Shown here: piece by piece, positions 56,087 to 64,000 of the stretch
How positions within the stretch are numbered: the stretch's first letter is position 1
How the letters are laid out: each line of letters begins with the position of its first letter
NCBI GenBank assembly: GCA_010405405.1
Contig: MU004232.1
Coordinates: forward strand, 1,073,481 to 1,137,480
DNA length: 64,000 nucleotides
Reading direction: 5' to 3'
From: Microthyrium microscopicum
Lineage: Eukaryota
Notes under the pieces: generated by a model
The model's database searches: none
What the model was told of the DNA's origin: nothing
Seen by the model: only the letters and a program-made list of their open reading frames with translations
Position numbers and translations under genes: made by a program

Positions 56087-58971
56087 ATGGTTTTCAAAAC
56101 TCTATTTTCCGGATCGTTCTTTTTTGTGCCCATCGCGGTGACGTTTGGAGTTTACTTTGGAGTTGAGCACCAAAACATTATGCAAGTTATCCAGGGAAAG
56201 ATACCTGATGGAGCAATACTACCTGGACAACCAAAACCACCCGCAGTCATCACGACTGAGCAGTATTGTATGGATACCACTGGAGCACGACCATATCCGG
56301 GACGATATATTTGTCAGTTCACCACTTTTTTACTTTCCTGTTTGTTACCTGTACCGCCTTGCTTTCCTATCGCATACGACATGTCTGACCACACTGCCCG
56401 AATCCTGTTGCTCCATTGTCACCAGCACCTTGCATCATGTACCCAGGCGATCAGTAGCAAGAAGTGCAGTCGTTTTGCGCAGATGCAACCCTCTGAGGTT
56501 CCGCAAAACGATTCGCGCTTCTTACCGCTCGCCTACGGAGTCACGAAGCCATCTTTCAATATCCCACGCGAACCAGCGAAATTTGCAGACAAAAGAATGG
56601 GCCAGGAGAAAGATTCTAGGCAAGCCTATCAAGAGATAGCAGCACTTTCCCCTGTCCTTCTCCTGGCGCGCGGACTCGTGCACACACCCTGTCCCTGCGC
56701 CACATGCCACTAGGCTGCCTGCAAATGATTCTCGCAATCTCGGCAGGCCAGTTGAGATGGTGATGATTGGTCCAATTCTTTGATTCTTTTGATTCAGTTG
56801 CTGCAACTCTGGCCTTGCCGGCGACGATGCTCAGCTCCAGCGAGCCGCTGCTTTCGTTGCGCCAGATCTGCCTTCTTTGGTTGATCCTCGAGGGTTTCTT
56901 TGCAAGTCGCACGACGCGGTGTCCGTTGAGATTCTCGGCTTGGCGATTTGCCCAACTGCTTTCCCACGCGTCCTGTGGAGGTCTCGGACCTTGTAGGACA
57001 AGTGAAAAGTGGTTCGGGGATCGGCCATCCTTCGCAGATGCCAGCAATATCTGGAGAGAATTATTGAACATGGCTATTCTTAGCACTGTATGATTCTAGA
57101 ACACCATATGGTATGTCTTCAACTCTTTGGAGTTTGGAGGTAGCCGGTGTGTACTCCGGAGAAGGTTGCATGAGCCGCGTCGATTGCATAGAGCTTGCCT
57201 TACCAATGCAGGGCAGGTGCAGATGCGCGACGATAGTGGGCCGTAGCTGCCTTTTGGTATTGGTGTTGGCGATGCAAGCTTCGCGGCTCTTTTTGACTTT
57301 CGAGATTTGAACCTGCCGCTTTGAGCTCTCCACCACACCACTCCAAACCCTCTCAATTTACCCAACTTCCTCAACACCAAGAACACCATGACACAAAGCA
57401 CTATCGACTCAACCCCAAAATTCCCCCCTCGTTGATGGCTATAATCAGTTTGATTATTCCCACAACAAATCCTTCCAATACCCCCCCAGTTGCACTCAAA
57501 TTCTCCCAAATCACACATTCCCCATTTTCATTTACCGTTGCACTACTGGTCGGCTGCCAGTGGCTGCTGATGGCTTTATTCTGCGGATTTTAGGCCTTTC
57601 CCGCCGACTGCCGATATCTAAGAATCATGGTCTATCAATTGTGGCTTGCTCAAAGTCGAGGTTGACGCGTTCACTTTTGCCATTTCTGCATTTCAAACTT
57701 TTTGCCCATCAATTCAACCTTTCTTCGGATCCTCCACCTTCCCCCCCCTCTTTGGAGAGTCTGAGCCTCAAGCCGTTGGCTATTATTGCCTTAGTGCATA
57801 TCCCACGCTTCCAACCTTACCTCTTTGCTATTAGCTGCATGAAATATTACTGACCCTTGTTTGACAGTCAATCCCAACCAATGGAATCCTATAGCTGGAG
57901 GAGCTCTTTGCATGAGTGTAAGTTCAGCCTGCTTCAGCTTCGTATCCCCATGATTCTTCCATCAGGTTTTACTCCATGTAATCCTCCATATTGCTGGCTG
58001 TGTGACCGTTTTCAGTCAAAACAGCCACCACAGCCGATCCCGCACCTTTAATCCTTATCTTTCTTTTTTGTCGCTCGCCACGTTGTCGCCCTCGAATTTC
58101 AATATGGCCTCATGATATTGCTGCATGCTTGCTCGCGTGACATCATTTCCTTGATCGCTATTATCATGTTTTTGAAACCTCGACAAACTTATTTCCGCTA
58201 CAAACGAAACAAACATCTATGCAAGAAGCTAACTGTCGTGCTCAAAGGTTACAACTGATCCAAAGACCCCTGCACAATCACATTATGCCTCCAACTTCTC
58301 GGCAACATGGGGTTTCCCTCAAGGCGATGTCAAGCTTCCTGTGCATGCTTTCCCCAATGCCTTGCTTGCCGACACCTCGCTTCCCGTTCAGCTATCCAGC
58401 CTCAAATCTCTGCCCATAGACTTGTCATGGAACTACGATGTAGGAAGTACGTCAACCAAAACGCTTGACCTGAACGGCCTACTAGCAAACAACTTGAATG
58501 CCAATGTCTGCGTGGATATCTTCTTAGATGACGATAAAACCGAAGCAGCAAGTCCATCAAAAGCCAGCCACGAAATCATGGTGTGGTTTGGCCAGATTGG
58601 TCTGGCAACACAACCTCTTGGTACCCCAGTAACACCTGCTGTACCAATGTCCATAAACGGAACTGACTTGTAAGTTTTTGCCCTCTAAAATCTTTCACGA
58701 TTTGTGTATCCTAACCAACTCCAGTACCCTGTATTATGGCCAAAATCCCACTGCCAACAGCCAGTCATCGTTCACATGGGTAGCAGACAAGAACACTACT
58801 TCATTCACTGGCGACCTTATGCCATTAGTCACTGCATTAACCACGCAAACCGATGGTCCGAATGTAGCTTCCTACATCGGCTACTATGCCTTTGGTAGCG
58901 AAACCTACTATGCTGCTTCTAACATGACATTTACCGTGTCAAAACTGGACATTGACATTAACACTAAATAG
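56087..58971 (+). CDS. GH12 endoglucanase-like protein with N-terminal hydrophobic anchor; introns 56313-57867, 57918-58247, 58670-58724
   Basis: Spliced frame GRYI-F|NPNQWNPIAGGALCMS|VTTD...VHAFPNA...ANVCVDIF...HEIMVW...FGSETYY retains both candidate catalytic Glu residues. Confidence 0.82.
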
Positions 58972-60430
58972 TAGGTAGCCATATATCATGACTTTGGCGT
59001 CCCGGCTTTGGAAATCATGGCTCGGCAGGTCGTCGTTGCCCAGTACATACATACATACCTAGTATAGACATATGACGCAGAGCATTCTCTGCTGTAATGA
59101 TAATCATTCAATACATCTCCAGTATCCGTGTATCTGTCTGCCAATCATCGCCTAGCCACTGAAGTCGTCATTCTCGTCACGCCAAGTCTAGCTCACGATA
59201 GGTGCCCGCACTTCACTCCAGAGAATAGCATACCAAATTCCCCAGTGCTTGCTTTTGCTTTGGACAGATATATGCTCTGCAATGCAGTCCGGACTTTACA
59301 CACCCCGCAACTGTACGAGTATGGAACGCTGGTATCGAGATCATCCATCACACGATTACGATAGCTTCTATAAAGCATACGCAATCTGATATATCGCGAA
59401 CGTCAATTGTACGACTGTAGAGGCAGGTAGTGCTTCTCAAGATGATGCAGCAAACACATAACCACACCGCTCCAATGACCCTCCTTCTAACCCATCACCC
59501 TCTACATACAACTCACAACCGCCTAAGCCCAAACCAACTGCGCATTATCCCAGAACAAAGCCCCTTCCACCAACACCACCACGAGAATTCAATATCCGCC
59601 AATACCACCATACACGTTCCCAAGCCATTCATCCATACTACAAAGCAAGCACAAAAGCCATCAAACGTGGCCATCCGCCGCCCGAAACTACCTCGTTCTC
59701 GTCCACCTTCTTCTGCAGAACTAGTTTGGCTTCCCGGCGGTCTAGTTAGATTCCCGGTGGTCATACACTGTGTAACGGACTTTCTGCCTGGTGCCGATTT
59801 GTGTGACCTTGTACAGACGCTCGAGCTGGGTTAGTCTGGACCTGGCTCGTGGGTTCGATGGCTGGTTGTGCCGGGTTTGATGTGGAGACGGGTATGGTTT
59901 GGTTTGGGGGATGGTGGCTGGTGGCTGGGTATGGTGTATGTAGTGATACTGGTTGAATTTGGTGGTCTGGTGGTGTGGGATTGTAGAGTTGATGTTTTGT
60001 GGATTGGTGATGGGGTGGTGATTGGGTTTATGGACCGAGAAGGGGTTGTCGTGGGAGATATAGGCTGTTCAGAGTCCATAGAAATCCTACTGTGAGTTAT
60101 TTGAGTTTTAGACTAAGTATATAATCTGTTGGAATTCAGTCATGTCATATTAGTCTTCTCTTCCTGACATTTCACTTCTGATACCTCTCCTCGCCTCCAT
60201 GAACATAGCTGGATGACCGGTCATCAGATGCAGCCAATTGCATGTTGCATGACTGAATGCCGCATGCATGAACTCGAAGACTTCACTAGGTGACTGGTTA
60301 TCATCGCTCTTATTTTCAGTCTAACAACGTCATGCTAGCAACGAATCCTTCCCACAGTAGCTGTCTCTTTAACTTCTTGATAACAGGTCCTCCATCGTAT
60401 ACTTAACAAAAGAATGCACTAATAGTCACA

Positions 60431-61930
60431 ATGGCCCTCCTCTTGAAAGCAGAAAGAATCTTGTGCGACCGGAATTTTGATAGTCTATGGTTCGATCTTA
60501 GTCAGTATGCGGTTGAGCTGGCTCTTCTAGGAGAAATCGACCTTTCTCGACATTTGGTCTCCCTCCTTTTCACTAGTGGAGCAATGAGGCCATACTCGAG
60601 ACCTACCTTTGGTGGACTTACTTTCGCTTGGAATCAGACTCAAGATTGGCCGCAAGGTCTACTAGAGGAGGCAAGTTCTGAAGCCGTCATTGAAGAACTC
60701 AGGGAACAGTATAGAACAAGCACGTTGTATAATTTGCAAAAGTTGCAGAATCCGCCACCTTCTGGGGACGATAAAGTTTTGGAAATGTGCGTGGCCCATT
60801 TTCAAGGACGCTGGAAGAAGCATTACCAGGTTGGGACGTGGAGAAATGAGGAGGATGTCAAGCAACTGCTAGTCCGGGCTCTTGAACTGTCACTTCAGAT
60901 CAGTGAGGGTATACCGCCTTCAAGTGCCGATATTCAGGACAAGCAGGGTACGGAAAACAAAGACGGGATGGACCAGGATAGGAGCAGGATTAAAGTCGCC
61001 GATCTTGACGATATCAGCTCCGACATTCTTCGTCGCTTAGCTGCAGGTTGGAACTACCACGGCCAGCAGATATATCTTTCGGAAGCCGAACACCTATGGC
61101 CATACTATATGAAAGGTCTCCTCGCAGATGCCATGCAGATCAGTCAAGAGACAGTGCGAACTAGAGGAAAAGCTGTTATCAACGCATTCTCCAAGCGTCT
61201 TCGAGAAGGTCGCAAGGCTATCTTGGACGGCAAGAGCATCAAAGAATTGCTTGAAATTGGCAGTCATAACACCATCTCTGGCCCTGGTCTTGCCACTTGG
61301 GCAGAAAATGCGGTTGAACCGCCAGAAACATTATTTCGAGAACCGGCAACGATAGATGAGATCGCCAAGTTGGAAGAACGGCTCAATATACAATTACCAG
61401 AGGAATACAAGGAATTCCTCCTGATCAGCAACGGATTTGGTGGTATCTTCAACGGCTTTTTCAATTCTGCAGCATTATTCTCTGTAGACGAGGTCAAATG
61501 GAACTACGAAAAATACTTCCGGCTCCCCGTAGAAGTCTTGAATCTACCTTATGAAATTCAAGATCTAGCCGACAAAATCTACGTACGGGAAGAGACTTTT
61601 CCGGAGAGAAAGCAGGCGTTGCCACTTTTTGACCGCGTTTTGGAAATTGGTCATGAAGGTAGGGATAATGTCTGGCTTGTACAGCCTTATCTGTTTGAGC
61701 AAGCAAAGGCGGCGTATCAGCAGATGTATGACAGAGCAGACGCGGGACAAAAATATATCATTGAGAGAGCCATGGAAGGGGTTGCTGGAAGTAAAGAAGA
61801 TTTTGAGAAGATGGAATGGGCTGTTATTACTTGGGCGTCTGGCAGTTCTGCTAATATGGTTGGGTATGGGGGATTTAGGAGATACCTTCAGGATTCAATT
61901 GAAGATAGTTCTGAGGTTAAGTATGTCTGA
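60431..61930 (+). CDS. SMI1/KNR4 (SUKH) domain-containing protein
   Basis: 499-aa intronless ORF with PATIDEIAKLEERLNIQLPEEYKEFLLISNGF. Confidence 0.8.
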   Translation: MALLLKAERILCDRNFDSLWFDLSQYAVELALLGEIDLSRHLVSLLFTSGAMRPYSRPTFGGLTFAWNQTQDWPQGLLEEASSEAVIEELREQYRTSTLYNLQKLQNPPPSGDDKVLEMCVAHFQGRWKKHYQVGTWRNEEDVKQLLVRALELSLQISEGIPPSSADIQDKQGTENKDGMDQDRSRIKVADLDDISSDILRRLAAGWNYHGQQIYLSEAEHLWPYYMKGLLADAMQISQETVRTRGKAVINAFSKRLREGRKAILDGKSIKELLEIGSHNTISGPGLATWAENAVEPPETLFREPATIDEIAKLEERLNIQLPEEYKEFLLISNGFGGIFNGFFNSAALFSVDEVKWNYEKYFRLPVEVLNLPYEIQDLADKIYVREETFPERKQALPLFDRVLEIGHEGRDNVWLVQPYLFEQAKAAYQQMYDRADAGQKYIIERAMEGVAGSKEDFEKMEWAVITWASGSSANMVGYGGFRRYLQDSIEDSSEVKYV

Positions 61931-62315
61931 GATCGGATAAAGATGGCTACGGTGGTAGATATGCTACGAGCCTTCGTGTTAGAGCCTATTCGATGATACT
62001 GTTCACCAAACGGGTAGACCATTGTGTCAAAATATCAGATACCAACAAGTGGAGACTGTGTTCTAGCAAAAAGACGTATTTCATGGAAGAAGGGGTCATA
62101 TCTTCATGTGAAATCAACCTCTACCTAGGTAGGTAGGTACTTCTCATGGTTATCTTTTGTTGTGAAGTCCAAGAAATATACCTTATTAGAATAGCATTTA
62201 CAGATGTCACAACCCGTGCTATGAAAAGATATAAGAAGCTCAAAACTCCTTGTGAGTTCATTAGTTCGCAACCGGTTGACAGATTCAACACATATCCTCT
62301 AACACAAACTGAAAC

Positions 62316-62576
62316 ATGTGCTTTGTGCGCGGGAAATGTTACAAATGTGGACATCCATATGACCCATCCAACTATATTGACTTCTGTGATACTGCGGCTA
62401 TGAATATGGCCCCATGTGAGTATCCTAAACCGACTCAGGGTACAGTGGATGAGCTTTGTGCCTATTGTAAGCACAATAACCCTTATGTACGGCCTCACGC
62501 TGACACGTTACTTCAAGGTGCAATGGACACTGTACCATTCCGCTATTACAACCATTTGAGGCTTTCGGATATATGA
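62316..62576 (+). CDS. Small Cys-rich hypothetical protein
   Basis: MCFVRGKCYKCGH...FC...PC...CAYC; N-terminal pattern shared with 63738-63965. Confidence 0.55.
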   Translation: MCFVRGKCYKCGHPYDPSNYIDFCDTAAMNMAPCEYPKPTQGTVDELCAYCKHNNPYVRPHADTLLQGAMDTVPFRYYNHLRLSDI

Positions 62577-63174
62577 TATTCAAAGAAGCTTTCATCTGAC
62601 AAATTGTTGGCTATGGCGCAGTGACTAAAAAGAAATCTGTGCGGTAAACAAACGGCATTAAAATCACTACTAAATCCTCCACTCTGTTTGTTTGTTCTAA
62701 GAAGATGGAGGCTTTGTCTCAGACTAGTATGTGTGATAGGACCTTATTATGATGTTTATTTCCAATACCACAAGCACCTTATTTTACTACCGTTTGTTCC
62801 ATGGTTTGGGCGTGTGGCGTTGCAGTGACGTTCGTCTCAGCTTTGAAAAGATGCAATACTTAACCTACCAGACACTGCAAGGTACCTAATCGCTTGGAGT
62901 CTATCAAAAGCTATATACATCCCATAGCTTCTGCCGGAATGGTTGCGCGAATGAAAAAAAGACTTAGTACTTTCGTCAAACTTCCCAGGAGCACAACATA
63001 AAGTAAGCATTAATATCAAGAGCAGAATGTGCATCCATCAAAGATCATGTTTCTCTTGTGGTCATTATCTGAGCTGGCCATGTCTTTGCTGCTCTTGATT
63101 GTCGGTGCCAGAGTTTAGGTCTACAGTTTGCAGCAAACAAATCCTATTGCTCTCCATACCTAGGTAGGTACCTA

Positions 63175-63396
63175 CCATAGCGCGCGAGGGGGAGTTTTGC
63201 AAATGATCATAGGGGAATCTTAGGCAAGAACGAATCACTTTAGCATGTTATGATCGTTTTTATTCTTCTTAATTATGCTTTAATCATTATAACGACAATG
63301 TCTACATAACTGCAATCGGCAAAGGGGAAGAAATTGTAGATTTGTGTACCAAATCATCATATGAGGATTTCTATAACTCCCCCCTCCACGCTATGG
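63175..63396. mobile_element. MITE-like element with TA flanks
   Basis: TA|CCATAGCGCGCGAGGGGGGAGTT ... AACTCCCCCCTCCACGCTATGG|TA; about 23-bp imperfect TIRs around an AT-rich core. Confidence 0.6.
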
Positions 63397-63737
63397 TAGT
63401 TGATTGATGTCATCAAATTCACGATACCAGACCTTTATATGATCTCCATGTGATAGCACCCCTCAGTGGTCAAAGTTTCAAACGATGGTGAAGAGTAAGA
63501 GCTGAATGTTATCGCCGCCGTATGATCCAACCAAGTAAAATTGGCAGATCATTCTATAAGCTCCTTGGGATCCATATCACCACCACTGTTACGAATGTGG
63601 CGTACGAATTGTGAACAGCACAGCTTAAAAAGTATTTAAAACGCGTATCTCCTTGATATATTCCCACTTATACCTTTCTCACAATTTGCAACAGAGCAAG
63701 AAATTGATATATAAGCAATATCATTGACGAATATAAG

Positions 63738-63965
63738 ATGTGTCAATACATAGGAAAACTCTACGCATGTGGACACATCATCCCCGAGGTTGATGTATAT
63801 GGGAATCAGCTTGCAAGCTTATTCTTTCCCTGCCAGCTAGCTATTCAAACCGGAGTATTCTGCAGTAAGCCGCAAACTACTCAAGGAGCTTCAAATTGGA
63901 GCTGTCAGAAACCAGAGTGTGTGAACATTGGATCGCATGTTGAGCCAGCCTGGAAGTTTAGATAA
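63738..63965 (+). CDS. Small Cys-rich hypothetical protein
   Basis: MCQYIGKLYACGH...PC...FC...CQKPEC; AT-rich TATA-like sequence upstream. Confidence 0.55.
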   Translation: MCQYIGKLYACGHIIPEVDVYGNQLASLFFPCQLAIQTGVFCSKPQTTQGASNWSCQKPECVNIGSHVEPAWKFR

Positions 63966-64000
63966 TCTATTGACCTTGCAGTCAAACACTTGAGCACCGG

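Noticed and set aside
62121..63175. TACCTAGGTAGGTA motifs near 62122 and 63157
   Set aside because: Short TAGG/CCTA simple repeats that are common in fungal intergenic DNA; too short to support a call.

Overview
Eukaryotic, gene-dense DNA from a filamentous ascomycete (Pezizomycotina; short GT-AG introns with CTRAC/CTAAC branch sites, a Zn2Cys6 factor, TRAPP/ESCRT/nucleoporin genes). Housekeeping genes (DHR1, EMP24, TRS120, VPS20, GAL1, ATG18, PPM2/TYW4, NUP84, SUMO) alternate with accessory genes. The main signal is an MFS transporter gene (5369-8438) in which 7 of 10 introns are 153-227 nt and related to one another. Each carries an array of 16-nt quasi-palindromes (CCAT-N8-ATGG, CTC-type spacers) that can fold into a hairpin, exactly 70 nt long in five introns. 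The same unit recurs in a MITE-like element at 35.7-35.9 kb, suggesting a locally multiplied introner-like or structured-intron family. Other leads: an in-frame ATG18 C-terminal extension behind three periodic TAG codons; a TmpA-like gene with no upstream in-frame ATG but a CTG in a strong start context; a four-gene AtuA/THI5-like/Zn2Cys6/permease cluster with CGG-N6-CCG sites; a divergent GT2 synthase/GH12 pair with a 1.55-kb intron; and a chimeric STAND-N/WD40/UBA gene with Ede1-like parts. Exon boundaries were read by eye; no database searches or folding programs were run, so family names come from motif recognition.
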